Positions 19,728-29,969 of a stretch of 64,000 bases of DNA are shown here, in pieces. A program made the position numbers and the translations under genes. The DNA comes from Rudaea sp. Lineage in GTDB: Bacteria > Pseudomonadota > Gammaproteobacteria > Xanthomonadales > Rhodanobacteraceae. The notes beneath the pieces are model-generated. The model was not told where the DNA came from. It ran no database searches and saw only the letters and a program-made list of their open reading frames with translations. The DNA is taken from assembly GCF_036560865.1 (NCBI RefSeq), contig NZ_DATBQK010000022.1:7493-71492 (forward strand). Direction: 5' to 3'. Numbering within the stretch: position 1 is the stretch's first letter; each line of letters opens with the position of its first letter.

Positions 19728-19762
19728 TCGTCCACAGACTTATCCACAGTATTTGTGGATAA
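19728..19762. promoter_or_regulatory. Cluster of three DnaA boxes: TcgTCCACA (19728-36), TTATCCACA (19740-48), and inverted TGTGGATAA (19754-62)
   Basis: Two exact matches to the TTATCCACA consensus lie in inverted orientation 5 nt apart, with a 7/9 box 3 nt upstream. The cluster sits in an AT-rich spacer 130 nt upstream of priA. Confidence 0.6.
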
Positions 19763-19893
19763 GCCAAAAAGCTCAAGCCCAGCGCCCACTTGTAGGTTAA
19801 TGCTCACAGTTCCATCAAGTCTTTCACGCAAGCCATGATTCTCAAGGAAAACTGCAATTTAGCCGCCGCTTTTTTCAGGTTTACGGAGCGCCG

Positions 19894-22077
19894 ATGCCAG
19901 CCGTCCTGCGCGTAGCCGTACCGGTGCCGCTGGCGCAGGTTTTCGACTACCTAGCGCCAGACGGCATCGAGGCGGATGCGATCGCGCCGGGCTGCCGCGT
20001 CGCCGTACCGTTCGGCCGTTCGCAGCGCGTCGGCGTGGTGGTCGGCAGCGCCAGCGATTCGGCGGTCGATGCGCGCCGGCTCAAACGCGCGACGAAACTG
20101 CTCGATGCGCAGCCGCTGATTTCGTCGGAACTTTGCGCAAGCCTCGCCTGGGCCGCGCGCTACTACCAGCATCCGCTGGGCGAAGTGCTGGAAAGCGCGC
20201 TGCCGGTCGGCCTGCGTCAGGTGAAACCGCTGCCGTCTTCGGCAGCGCCCGCGCTGATCCGCAATGCGGCGATCGAGGCAGAAGGCTTAACGCTGCGCGC
20301 AGGCTCGAAAGTTGCGACGCTGTTCGATCTGCTCGCACGCGGACCGCTCACATTCACCGAGCTCGATACCCGGTTGGCGGGCTGGCGCGGCGCCGCGGCA
20401 AGGCTGCGCAAGCGCGGCTTGATTGCGATCACCGAACTTGCGCTGCGCACCCCGCCGCGCACGCGCATAGCCGGACCGCCGCTGAGCGGCGAACAAACCG
20501 ATGCCATCGCCCAAGTTGCCGCGCAACTCGGTACGTTCGCGCCGGTGCTGCTTGAGGGCATTACCGGCAGCGGCAAGACCGAGGTTTATCTCGCGCTGAT
20601 CGAACAGGTGATCGCACGCGGCGAACAGGCGTTGGTACTGGTGCCCGAGATCGGTCTCACTCCGCAGGCCTTGCGCCGCTTCCGCGAACGCCTGCCCGCA
20701 CGCATCGAAGTGCTGCATTCGGGTCTGAGCGAAGGCGAGCGCACGCGCGCCTGGCTGGCCGCCGCGCGCGGCGAGGCCGACGTCGTGCTCGGCACGCGCT
20801 CGGCGGTGTTCGCGCCGCTGACTCGCGCGGGGCTCATCATCATCGATGAAGAGCATGACGGTTCGTACAAGCAGCAGGAAGGCTGGCGCTACTCGGCGCG
20901 CGATCTTGCGCTGGTGCGCGGCAAGGCGCTCGAGGTGCCGGTGCTGCTCGGTTCGGCCACGCCATCGCTGGAAACGCTGGCGAACGTCGAGGCCGGACGC
21001 TATCGCAAGCTGCATTTGAGCGCGCGCCCTGGCGCGGCGCGCCTGCCGGATTTCCATTGCGTGGATCTGCGCGGCAAACCGCTGCGCCATGGTCTTGCCA
21101 CCGCAACGATCGCCGCACTGCGCGCCTGCATCGCGCGCGGCGAACAGGCGCTGGTGTTCCGCAACCGGCGTGGCTATGCGCCGGTGCTGACTTGCCACAG
21201 CTGCGGCTGGCACGCGTCCTGTGCGCGCTGCGACAAACCGCTGACCTGGCATCGCGGCGTCGCGCGCCTGCGTTGTCACCACTGCGGCGCCGAGCAGCGC
21301 GTACCGGCGCAGTGTCCACAATGCAGCAACGATCACTTGGCGCCGCAGGGTCTCGGCACCGAACGCCTCGAAGAATCCCTCGCGGAAATTTTTCCGGGTG
21401 TGCCGCTGCTGCGCATCGACCGAGAAACCACGCGACGCAAGAACGCGCTCGACGATCTGCTGGGTTCGCTCGACCCCGAGCGCGCGGCGCTGATCGTCGG
21501 CACGCAGATGCTGGCCAAGGGGCATGATCTGCCGAATCTGACCCTGGTCGTGATCGTCGATGTCGATGGTGGCCTGTACAGCGTGGATTTCCGTGCCGAG
21601 GAACGCCTCGCCCAACTTGTCGTGCAGGTCGCCGGACGCGCCGGACGCGCACGCAAACCCGGCGCGGTCTGGCTGCAGACGCATCATCCCGAGCATCCGC
21701 TGCTGCAGACCCTGATGCACCACGGTTATGCCGCCGCCGCGCAGCGCCTGCTACTCGAACGTCGCGCCGCGGGTTTGCCGCCGTATGCGCATCTCGCGCT
21801 GCTGCGCGCCGATGCGAAATCGCAGACGCCGGTCGATGATTTCCTGCAGGCGGCGGTCGCGCTCGCCGCACAACCTGATGGCATTGCCCTACTCGGACCG
21901 ATGCCCGCGCCGATGCCGCGCCGCGCCGGCCTGCAACGCGGCCAGCTGCTGCTCAGCGCCGATGAGCGCGCACGCCTGCACGCATTCCTGCCCGATTGGG
22001 TGGCGCGCCTGCGCGCGCAGCCGCAGGCGCGCCGCGTGCGCTGGTCGCTGGATGTCGATCCGCTGGATTTGTACTGA
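19894..22077 (+). CDS. priA: Primosomal replication-restart helicase PriA
   Basis: 727 aa. Walker A GITGSGKTEVY, DEEHD, Cys-rich zinc insertion CHSCGWHASCARCDKPLTWH...CHHCG...CPQC, and motif VGTQMLAKGHD. GGAG precedes ATG 19894. Confidence 0.95.
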   Translation: MPAVLRVAVPVPLAQVFDYLAPDGIEADAIAPGCRVAVPFGRSQRVGVVVGSASDSAVDARRLKRATKLLDAQPLISSELCASLAWAARYYQHPLGEVLESALPVGLRQVKPLPSSAAPALIRNAAIEAEGLTLRAGSKVATLFDLLARGPLTFTELDTRLAGWRGAAARLRKRGLIAITELALRTPPRTRIAGPPLSGEQTDAIAQVAAQLGTFAPVLLEGITGSGKTEVYLALIEQVIARGEQALVLVPEIGLTPQALRRFRERLPARIEVLHSGLSEGERTRAWLAAARGEADVVLGTRSAVFAPLTRAGLIIIDEEHDGSYKQQEGWRYSARDLALVRGKALEVPVLLGSATPSLETLANVEAGRYRKLHLSARPGAARLPDFHCVDLRGKPLRHGLATATIAALRACIARGEQALVFRNRRGYAPVLTCHSCGWHASCARCDKPLTWHRGVARLRCHHCGAEQRVPAQCPQCSNDHLAPQGLGTERLEESLAEIFPGVPLLRIDRETTRRKNALDDLLGSLDPERAALIVGTQMLAKGHDLPNLTLVVIVDVDGGLYSVDFRAEERLAQLVVQVAGRAGRARKPGAVWLQTHHPEHPLLQTLMHHGYAAAAQRLLLERRAAGLPPYAHLALLRADAKSQTPVDDFLQAAVALAAQPDGIALLGPMPAPMPRRAGLQRGQLLLSADERARLHAFLPDWVARLRAQPQARRVRWSLDVDPLDLY

Positions 22078-22183
22078 GCCTTTCGCGCGCATCGGCGGCA
22101 GTCACCACAGGCGCCGCATGCGACACTTTTGGCACAACTACCCGCGCGCTTGTCGAATCGCGGTAAATGTATACACTTGCGCA

Positions 22184-23455
22184 ATGGCCGGCGATTCCGC
22201 ACTCCCGCATATCGTGATCGTCGGCGGCGGTTTCGGCGGCCTGTGGGCCGCACGCGGTCTGGCCAAGGCACCGGTACGCATCACCCTCATCGACCGCTGC
22301 AACTACCATCTGTTTCAGCCGCTGCTGTATCAGGTCGCGACCGCAGGCCTGGCCGCCGTCGATATCGCCGCCCCGCTGCGGCATATCCTGTCGGCCCAAG
22401 CGAATGTCGGCGTGCTGATGGCCGAGGTCGCGCAGGTGGATCGCGCAGCAAGCGCCGTGCAACTCGCCGACGGCACGCGCCTGCAATACGACACGCTGCT
22501 GCTGGCGAGCGGCTCGACGCATGCCTATTTCGGTCACGACGACTGGGCCGCGCACGCACCAGGACTGAAAACACTGGACGATGCGGAGGTGATCCTGCGC
22601 CGTGTATTCGGCGCGTTCGAACAGGCCGAGTTGCATGCCGACGCCGCGCTCGCGCGCGACGCCTGGCTCACCTTCGTAGTGATCGGCGCGGGGCCGACCG
22701 GCGTCGAGCTTGCCGGCACCCTGATCGAAATCGCGCGGCACACGCTCAAGCGCGAATTCCGCCGCATCGATACAAGCAAGGCCCGCGTGATGCTGGTCGA
22801 GGCTGGCCCGCGCGTGCTGGCGACGTTTCCCGAAATCCTGTCGGCAAAAGCGCGCGTGCAGCTCGAGCGTCTCGGCGTCGAAGTGCTTACTTCCAGCCCG
22901 GTTACCGCAGTCGATGCAGATGGCATCGCGATCGGCGACCGCCGCATTGCCGCGCGCACCGTGCTCTGGGCCGCCGGTGTCGCCGCGTCGAAGCTCGGCG
23001 CCACGCTCGGCGCGCCACTCGATCACGCCGGCCGCGTGCAGGTGAATGCCGACTTGAGCGTGCCCGGCGCACCGAATATTTTTGTCGCCGGCGATCTCGC
23101 CGCGCTCGTACTGGACGGCGAGCCCGTGCCAGGCGTCGCCCCCGCGGCGAAGCAGATGGGCGCGTATGTCGCGCGCGTCATCAGCGGACGCATAGCGGGA
23201 AGCACACCGCCGCCATTCCGCTATCGCGACGACGGTGCGCTCGCCACGATCGGGCGCTGGGCCGCGGTCGTCGATCTCGGCCGTGTACGCCTGTCCGGTG
23301 CGTTCGCCTGGTGCTTCTGGCTGACGGTCCACATCTTTTTCCTGATCGGTTTCCGCAACCGCTTGCGCGTGATGATCGACTGGTCCTGGGGTTACTGGAA
23401 GTACTACCGCGGCGCGCGCATCATCCTCGGCAACGACGGCGACGACACGAACTGA
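22184..23455 (+). CDS. ndh: Type II NADH dehydrogenase (NDH-2) family FAD oxidoreductase
   Basis: HIVIVGGGFGGLWAARGL...NYHLFQPLLYQVATAGL and a second Rossmann motif FVVIGAGPTGVELAG. ATG 22184 lies inside the longer ORF 21728..23455. Confidence 0.85.
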   Translation: MAGDSALPHIVIVGGGFGGLWAARGLAKAPVRITLIDRCNYHLFQPLLYQVATAGLAAVDIAAPLRHILSAQANVGVLMAEVAQVDRAASAVQLADGTRLQYDTLLLASGSTHAYFGHDDWAAHAPGLKTLDDAEVILRRVFGAFEQAELHADAALARDAWLTFVVIGAGPTGVELAGTLIEIARHTLKREFRRIDTSKARVMLVEAGPRVLATFPEILSAKARVQLERLGVEVLTSSPVTAVDADGIAIGDRRIAARTVLWAAGVAASKLGATLGAPLDHAGRVQVNADLSVPGAPNIFVAGDLAALVLDGEPVPGVAPAAKQMGAYVARVISGRIAGSTPPPFRYRDDGALATIGRWAAVVDLGRVRLSGAFAWCFWLTVHIFFLIGFRNRLRVMIDWSWGYWKYYRGARIILGNDGDDTN

Positions 23456-23563
23456 CCGCGCACGCGGCCGACCAAGCGGAAACATTGTATGCGTGCGAAT
23501 CCGGTTTGCTTTGTCTCCGGTTCGCTCTACCTTTACTCGTCGCCAAGCAAGGCGGAACGCTAC

Positions 23564-24331
23564 ATGACCTCATCGTTGTTCGACCTCAGCGGAAAAGTCG
23601 CGCTCGTCACCGGCGCCAGCCGTGGCATCGGCGAAGCGATCGCCAGACTGCTCGCTGCGCACGGTGCTCACGTGATCGTGTCGAGCCGCAAGGCCGCCGA
23701 TTGCGAGAAAGTCGCCGCGGCGATCCGTGTCGACGGCGGCCAGGCCGAAGTGCGCGCCTGCCATATCGGCGAGATGGATCAGGTGCAGGGCATCTTCGCC
23801 GACATCGAAGCCGCGCACGGACGCCTCGATATCCTGGTCAACAATGCGGCCGCGAATCCGTACTTCGGCCCGATCGTCGATACCGACCTGGGCGCGTTCC
23901 AGAAGACCGTGGATGTGAATATCCGCGGCTATTTCTTCATGTGCGCGCTCGGCGCCAAACTGATGGCGAAGAACGGCGGCGGCAGCATCGTCAACGTCGC
24001 CTCGATCAACGGCGTCGTGCCGGGCGATCTGCAGGGAATCTACTCGATCACCAAGGCCGCCGTCATCGCGATGAGCGCAGCCTTTGCCAAGGAATGCGCG
24101 CCCAGCGGCGTGCGCGTCAATGCGCTGCTGCCCGGCCTCACCGACACGAAGTTCGCTTCCGCCCTCGTGAAAAACGAGGCCATCCTCAAGCAGGCCATGC
24201 AGCATGTGCCGATGCGCCGCGTCGCCCGGCCCGCCGAGATGGCCGGCGCCGTGCTCTATCTGGTCTCCGCGGCGGCGAGCTACACCACGGGATCGAGTCT
24301 GGTCGTCGACGGCGGTTACCTGACCGTGTAG
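23564..24331 (+). CDS. Short-chain dehydrogenase/reductase (SDR) family oxidoreductase
   Basis: KVALVTGASRGIGEAIA, NNAA, catalytic Y-x3-K (YSITKAAV). Confidence 0.85.
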   Translation: MTSSLFDLSGKVALVTGASRGIGEAIARLLAAHGAHVIVSSRKAADCEKVAAAIRVDGGQAEVRACHIGEMDQVQGIFADIEAAHGRLDILVNNAAANPYFGPIVDTDLGAFQKTVDVNIRGYFFMCALGAKLMAKNGGGSIVNVASINGVVPGDLQGIYSITKAAVIAMSAAFAKECAPSGVRVNALLPGLTDTKFASALVKNEAILKQAMQHVPMRRVARPAEMAGAVLYLVSAAASYTTGSSLVVDGGYLTV

Positions 24332-24391
24332 GAGAACCCCTATCAAGGGGACCATGTTGAATATTTTTCGACTTTCCGCAGCGGAGAATTT

Positions 24392-25399
24392 ATGAGTACG
24401 ACCGTCAATCGTCAATTCCGCCTCGCCGCACGTCCGGTCGGCCTGCCCAAGCGCAACGACTGGAACCTGGTCGAGGAACCGCTGCGCGAACCGGGCGACG
24501 GCGAATTCCTCGTGCGCATCGAGTACATCTCGCTCGATCCGGCGATGCGCGGCTGGATGAACGAAGGCAAATCGTACGTGCCGCCGGTCGGCATCGGCGA
24601 GGTGATGCGCGCCTACGCCGGCGGTGAGGTCGTCGCCTCCCGGCATCCGAAGTTCGCGGTTGGCGAGCATGTCGCCGGCACGTTCGGCGTGCAGGAATAT
24701 GCGCGCTCGAACGGCAAGGGCATCACCCGCGTCGATACGAAGCTGGCGGCGTTGCCGGTCTATCTGGGCGCACTCGGCATGCCTGGCATGACTGCTTATT
24801 TCGGCCTGCTCGATGTCGGCGCGGCGCAGAGCGGCGACACGGTGGTGGTTTCCGGCGCGGCCGGCGCGGTCGGCTCGATCGTCGGCCAGATCGCGAAGAT
24901 CAAGGGCTGCCGCGCGGTCGGCATCGCCGGCGGTGCGGAAAAGTGCCGCTGGCTGGTCGACGAACTCGGCTTCGACGTCGCGATCGACTACAAGGGCGAG
25001 GATGTGAAAGCCGCACTCAAGCGGCATTGTCCACAAGGCATCAATGTATACTTCGACAACGTCGGCGGCGACATTCTCGATGCGGCGCTGACCCAGCTCG
25101 CGATGCATGCGCGCATCGTCGTCTGCGGCGCGATTTCGCAGTACAACACCACGGCGCCGGTCAAGGGCCCGAGCAACTATCTCGCCCTGCTGGTTTGCCG
25201 CGCGCGCATGCAGGGTATGGTCGTGTTCGACTATGCGGCCCGTTACGCCGACGCCGCGCACGAGGTGGCCGGCTGGATCGCGCAGGGCAAGCTGAAGACG
25301 CGCGAGGATATCGTCGACGGCTTCGAAACGTTCCCCGACGCGCTGCTCAAATTGTTCAGCGGCGAAAATACCGGCAAGCTCGTGTTGCAGGTCACCTGA
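24392..25399 (+). CDS. NADP-dependent oxidoreductase, MDR superfamily (YncB/CurA/PTGR-like enone reductase)
   Basis: N-terminal NRQFRLAARPVGLPKRNDW...YISLDPAMRGWM and cofactor motif VVVSGAAGAVGSIVGQIAK. GCGGAG SD. Confidence 0.8.
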   Translation: MSTTVNRQFRLAARPVGLPKRNDWNLVEEPLREPGDGEFLVRIEYISLDPAMRGWMNEGKSYVPPVGIGEVMRAYAGGEVVASRHPKFAVGEHVAGTFGVQEYARSNGKGITRVDTKLAALPVYLGALGMPGMTAYFGLLDVGAAQSGDTVVVSGAAGAVGSIVGQIAKIKGCRAVGIAGGAEKCRWLVDELGFDVAIDYKGEDVKAALKRHCPQGINVYFDNVGGDILDAALTQLAMHARIVVCGAISQYNTTAPVKGPSNYLALLVCRARMQGMVVFDYAARYADAAHEVAGWIAQGKLKTREDIVDGFETFPDALLKLFSGENTGKLVLQVT

Positions 25400-25420
25400 C
25401 CGCGCGCGGCGACCCGCAAA

Positions 25421-25452
25421 AACGACAACGGCCCGCTGCGGGCCGTTGTGTT
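25421..25452. terminator. Hairpin terminator between convergent genes (mainly serves rpoH)
   Basis: aacggcccgc-t-gcgggccgtt (25427-25447). On the minus strand it is followed by gtcgtttttg, 25 nt after the rpoH stop. Confidence 0.6.
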
Positions 25453-25471
25453 GGACTGTTGGAAGTTGAGA

Positions 25472-26353
<882 letters not shown>

Positions 26354-26391
26354 TGGGGTCTCCGTTGGAGCGCATTTTAGCACTCGTGTAT

Positions 26392-26419
26392 TGAGAGTGC
26401 TAAGAGCGAGCTAAGTTCC
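26392..26419 (-). promoter_or_regulatory. Candidate sigma-E (RpoE)-type promoter of rpoH: GGAACTT-N16-TCTCA
   Basis: Minus-strand reading GGAACTT (26419-26413), a 16-nt spacer, then TCTCA (26396-26392), about 40 nt upstream of the rpoH ATG. It matches the enterobacterial sigma-E consensus GGAACTT-N16-TCnaA. rpoH P3 is sigma-E dependent in E. coli. Confidence 0.45.
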
Positions 26420-26606
26420 CTCGGAACAGCGCCCAAGGCAGGCGCCCGCCTGTTTTGCGATCGTCATGATCTGGGGGCTGCCGCCATTGATCGAACACCG
26501 TTCCTGTACTCGATAGTACATGAAACGAGTTAGGACGGCGTTAAACTTTATTATCCCAGCGTGCCGCCCATGGAACGCTGCGTTGCGCTAGAGGTTCGAA
26601 AGGAAC

Positions 26607-27374
26607 TCAATCCAACGAAATTTCGCCGATCGGTGGCAGGCGCCAGTCGATTTCGCTCTGGCCGTGTTCGCGCAACCAGTTGTTCGCGCTGGAAAAATGC
26701 CCGCAGCCGATAAAGCCGCGATAGGCCGACAGCGGCGACGGATGCGGCGCCTTGAGCACCCGATGGCGGCGCGCGTCGATCAGTTTTCCCTTGGCCTGGG
26801 CATAGCTGCCCCAGAGCAGGAAGACCAGACCTTCGCGCTCGCGGTTGAGCTGATCGACCACGGCATCGGTAAAGCCTTCCCAGCCCTTGCCCTGATGCGA
26901 GCCGGCCAGTCCACGCTCCACCGTCAAGGTGGCGTTGAGCAGCAGCACGCCCTGGCGCGCCCATGGCAACAGGCAGCCGTGCTCGGGCCGCGCAATGCCC
27001 AGATCGCGCTGGATTTCGACAAAAATATTTTCCAGCGACGGCGGTACCACCACCCCTGGCGGCACGGAAAAGCACAGGCCGTGTGCCTGGCCGGGGCCGT
27101 GGTACGGATCCTGGCCGAGGACGACAACCTTCACTGCATCGAATGGGGTCGCATCAAGCGCCGCAAAAATTCTTTTCGGCGGCGGGTAGATCGCCTTGCC
27201 GAGTTTCAGTTCATTGCGCAGGAATTCGCTGAGCTTGAGCATCTCGGGGCGCTCCAGGTACGCGCCGACGCGCGTGCGCCACGAAGCTTCGAGTTTTACG
27301 CGCCCGCTCGCGCTCGAATCGGGCCTGATCGAATCAGGCTTGAGCGAATCCGGCTTGGGCGAACCAGAACTCAC
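26607..27374 (-). CDS. ung: Uracil-DNA glycosylase
   Basis: [42 protein letters not shown]. The GTG start at 27374 overlaps the upstream stop (GTGA). The N-terminal ~20 residues are pentapeptide repeats. Confidence 0.93.
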   Translation of the reverse strand: MSSGSPKPDSLKPDSIRPDSSASGRVKLEASWRTRVGAYLERPEMLKLSEFLRNELKLGKAIYPPPKRIFAALDATPFDAVKVVVLGQDPYHGPGQAHGLCFSVPPGVVVPPSLENIFVEIQRDLGIARPEHGCLLPWARQGVLLLNATLTVERGLAGSHQGKGWEGFTDAVVDQLNREREGLVFLLWGSYAQAKGKLIDARRHRVLKAPHPSPLSAYRGFIGCGHFSSANNWLREHGQSEIDWRLPPIGEISLD

Positions 27375-28222
27375 GCCACATGTGCGCGCCGCGCGCGCCA
27401 GTCCTGCGCGATGCGCGTCTGGAACGCGAGTTTGGTGATCAGCAGGCGCTCGTCCACCGGTTTGAGCACGAGATCGTTCGCACCCGCGCGCAACAGCGTG
27501 GTCTGGTGGCGCGGATTATGATCGCCGGTCATGATCAGCACCGGCAGTTCGCCCTTGCCGTAACCGAACTCGTCGCGCACGCGGTCGAGCAGATCGCCAC
27601 CGGTGAGCTTGCTCCGCAGGCTCACGTCGGACAGCGCCACGTCGACGCCGGGACCCGTGCCCGCGTCGCGCGCCGCATGCAGCAGTTCCAGCGCGTCCTC
27701 GACACTGGTGAAGTGGCGCACGCTGAAACCGTGGCGTTCGAGCAGGCGTTGAGTGGTCACCGAGACGACGCGACTGTCTTCCACGTACAGCACCGTGCCG
27801 GTCGCATGCGCCTGCGGATTGACGTAGCCGCGGATAAACGCGGCCAGCGCCGACAGGCCCAGCGCCTTGTCGAAATAATCGGTGACGTGCTCGGAAAGTT
27901 CGCGGTTGATCAAGCGCTCGTCGACATCGCCGGAGACGATCACGATCGGTACGTAGGTCTGCGTCGCCGTCTGCTCGCGTACATGGCGCGCGAGTTCCAT
28001 GCCGTCCATGTCCGGCAGACGCAGCGCGGTGCTGACGAAATCGACCGCTCCGGCGGCGAGCGCGCGCATCGCGTCCGCACCGGTCTCGCAGGCGACGACG
28101 TCGACCTGGGCGAGGTCGGCCTTGAGCAGCTGTTCGAGCAGGCGGCGCACGACCTTGGAGCCGTCGACGACCATGACGCGCGGCTGCTCGTTGGCAATGT
28201 AGGTGAGCGGCTTGGCTTCCAT
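27371..28222 (-). CDS. Response regulator made only of two receiver domains (no output domain)
   Basis: REC1 [11 protein letters not shown]...LRLPDMDG...[11 protein letters not shown]2 [10 protein letters not shown]...VALSDVSL...PVLIMTGD...DLVLKPV. ATG 28222 lies 43 nt after the ftsX stop. Confidence 0.75.
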   Translation of the reverse strand: MEAKPLTYIANEQPRVMVVDGSKVVRRLLEQLLKADLAQVDVVACETGADAMRALAAGAVDFVSTALRLPDMDGMELARHVREQTATQTYVPIVIVSGDVDERLINRELSEHVTDYFDKALGLSALAAFIRGYVNPQAHATGTVLYVEDSRVVSVTTQRLLERHGFSVRHFTSVEDALELLHAARDAGTGPGVDVALSDVSLRSKLTGGDLLDRVRDEFGYGKGELPVLIMTGDHNPRHQTTLLRAGANDLVLKPVDERLLITKLAFQTRIAQDWRARRAHVA

Positions 28223-28264
28223 CGTCGTTTCCCGAGAGCGGCGGCGCCGCAAAAGTATACTTTG

Positions 28265-29281
28265 TTACTGCGGCTGACCCAGCGCAAGATGCCGCGTCGT
28301 GGCCAGCCACGCGCCGAGCCAGCCGAGCACCGCGCTCGTCGCGATCAGCGCCAGCGCCTGCGCGGCGGACAGGCCATGCACCGCGAAGCGATGATCGTAG
28401 CTCGCGGTGAGCTCGCTCAGCGGGTGCGCCAGCACGAGCTCGACGATACCGATCATGAGCAGCGCGAGCAAGCCGCTGACGACACCGTAGCACAGGCCGC
28501 CATACAGGAACGGCCGGCGTACAAACGCATTATTCGCGCCCAGCAATTGCACGACTGTGATCTCGTCCGCACGACTCAGTATATCCAGGCGCACGGTGTT
28601 GCCGACCACGAGCAGCGCAGCGAGGGCGAGCAGGATCGCTAGTGCCGCTGCGGCGCGCGTGCTGAACTCGAGTATCGCATCGAGGCGCTGGCGCCAGAGC
28701 GCGTCGTACTGGACCAGATTGACGCTGGCGTCGCGTTCGAGCTCGGCGACCAGAGGCGGCGGCACGCTCTTCGCCAGCGCATCGATTTTCGGCGTGACGA
28801 TCAAAACCGTGGGCAGCGGATTGGTCTGCAGCACCTTGAGCGCATCGGCAAACCCCGACTGGTTGCGGAATTCCTGCAAGCCCTGTTCGGGCGTCTTCAA
28901 CGTGACTTGGGCGACGTCGCCGCGTGTGCGCAACGACGCGGCGAACGCTTGTGCGGCGGCGGGATCGAGATCCGCTTTAAGGAACACGCTGATCGCACGC
29001 GCGTCGTCGAGATTGCCGCCGAGCGCGCGCGCATTGTCGAGCAGCAGCCAGAGCAGCAGCGGCAAGGTCAGCGCTAGACTCATCACGAGCAGGGTCAATG
29101 TCGATGCCCACGGCCGCGCGGCGAGCCGGCCCAAACTCGAGTAAAAACTCTGCACGTGCTGCTCGCGCCACGCGCGCAGACCCGGACGCGCACGCGCTGA
29201 CGCACGTGAAGTTTCGCGCACCGGCGCAACCGGCGGAACTGCAGGTTCCTTGGCACGCCCGTTGGGTTTGCGCCGATTCAT
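28265..29281 (-). CDS. ftsX: Cell-division ABC permease-like protein FtsX
   Basis: Overlaps the ftsE stop (ATGA). Basic N-terminus, 4 TM helices with a large periplasmic loop, standard ftsE-ftsX order. Confidence 0.85.
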   Translation of the reverse strand: MNRRKPNGRAKEPAVPPVAPVRETSRASARARPGLRAWREQHVQSFYSSLGRLAARPWASTLTLLVMSLALTLPLLLWLLLDNARALGGNLDDARAISVFLKADLDPAAAQAFAASLRTRGDVAQVTLKTPEQGLQEFRNQSGFADALKVLQTNPLPTVLIVTPKIDALAKSVPPPLVAELERDASVNLVQYDALWRQRLDAILEFSTRAAAALAILLALAALLVVGNTVRLDILSRADEITVVQLLGANNAFVRRPFLYGGLCYGVVSGLLALLMIGIVELVLAHPLSELTASYDHRFAVHGLSAAQALALIATSAVLGWLGAWLATTRHLALGQPQ

Positions 29282-29955
29282 GCGCGCGCCGCCGGCCTGA
29301 AGTCGTCGATCAGGCGCCCGTGGTCCAGCACCAGCACGCGCTTGTGCATGCGCTTGATCAGGGCGAGATCGTGGCTCGCCACCAGCACTGTCGTGCCGAC
29401 CTGCTGGAACTCGGCGAACAGCGCCATGATCTCGGCCGAAAGCATTGGATCGAGATTGCCGGTCGGTTCGTCCGCGATCAGCACCGGTGGCTTGGCCACG
29501 ATGGCGCGCGCGATGCCGACGCGCTGCTGCTCGCCGGTCGACAGCGTCACCGGCGCTGACGCCTCGCGCGCAAGCAGACCGACCTTGTCCAGCGCCGCGC
29601 GCACGCGCTTGCCGATTTCCTCGCGCGCGACGCCGGCGATGCGCAGCGGCAGGGCGACATTGTCGAACACGCTGCGATCCATCAGCAGACGATGATCCTG
29701 GAACACCATGCCGATGCCGCGGCGCAGCTGCGGAATGCCGCGACGCTTGGTCTGACCCAGATTCTGCCCATTCACCGTGACCTGTCCGCGCGTGGGCCGA
29801 TCCATCAGCGCGATCAGGCGCAGAAGTGTACTTTTACCCGCGCCGGAATGCCCGGCGACAAAGGCCATCTCGCCCGCATCGAGTTCGAAGGACAGATCGC
29901 CGAGTGCCTCCTGCCCCGATGGGTAGCGTTTGCTGACTTGCTCGAAGCGGATCAT
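29278..29955 (-). CDS. ftsE: Cell-division ATP-binding protein FtsE
   Basis: MIRFEQVSKRY, Walker A GHSGAGKSTLL, signature LSTGEQQRVGIARA, Walker B VLIADEPTGNLD. Confidence 0.9.
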   Translation of the reverse strand: MIRFEQVSKRYPSGQEALGDLSFELDAGEMAFVAGHSGAGKSTLLRLIALMDRPTRGQVTVNGQNLGQTKRRGIPQLRRGIGMVFQDHRLLMDRSVFDNVALPLRIAGVAREEIGKRVRAALDKVGLLAREASAPVTLSTGEQQRVGIARAIVAKPPVLIADEPTGNLDPMLSAEIMALFAEFQQVGTTVLVASHDLALIKRMHKRVLVLDHGRLIDDFRPAARA

Positions 29956-29969
29956 CAGGCTGGAGAGCC

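Noticed and set aside
19470-19893. The possibility that the AT-rich, DnaA-box-bearing spacer is oriC
   Set aside because: There are only 3-4 boxes, no array of AT-rich 13-mers, and no dnaA/dnaN/gidA/parAB context. A regulatory, titration or DARS-like role is more likely. This remains open until the real oriC is located.
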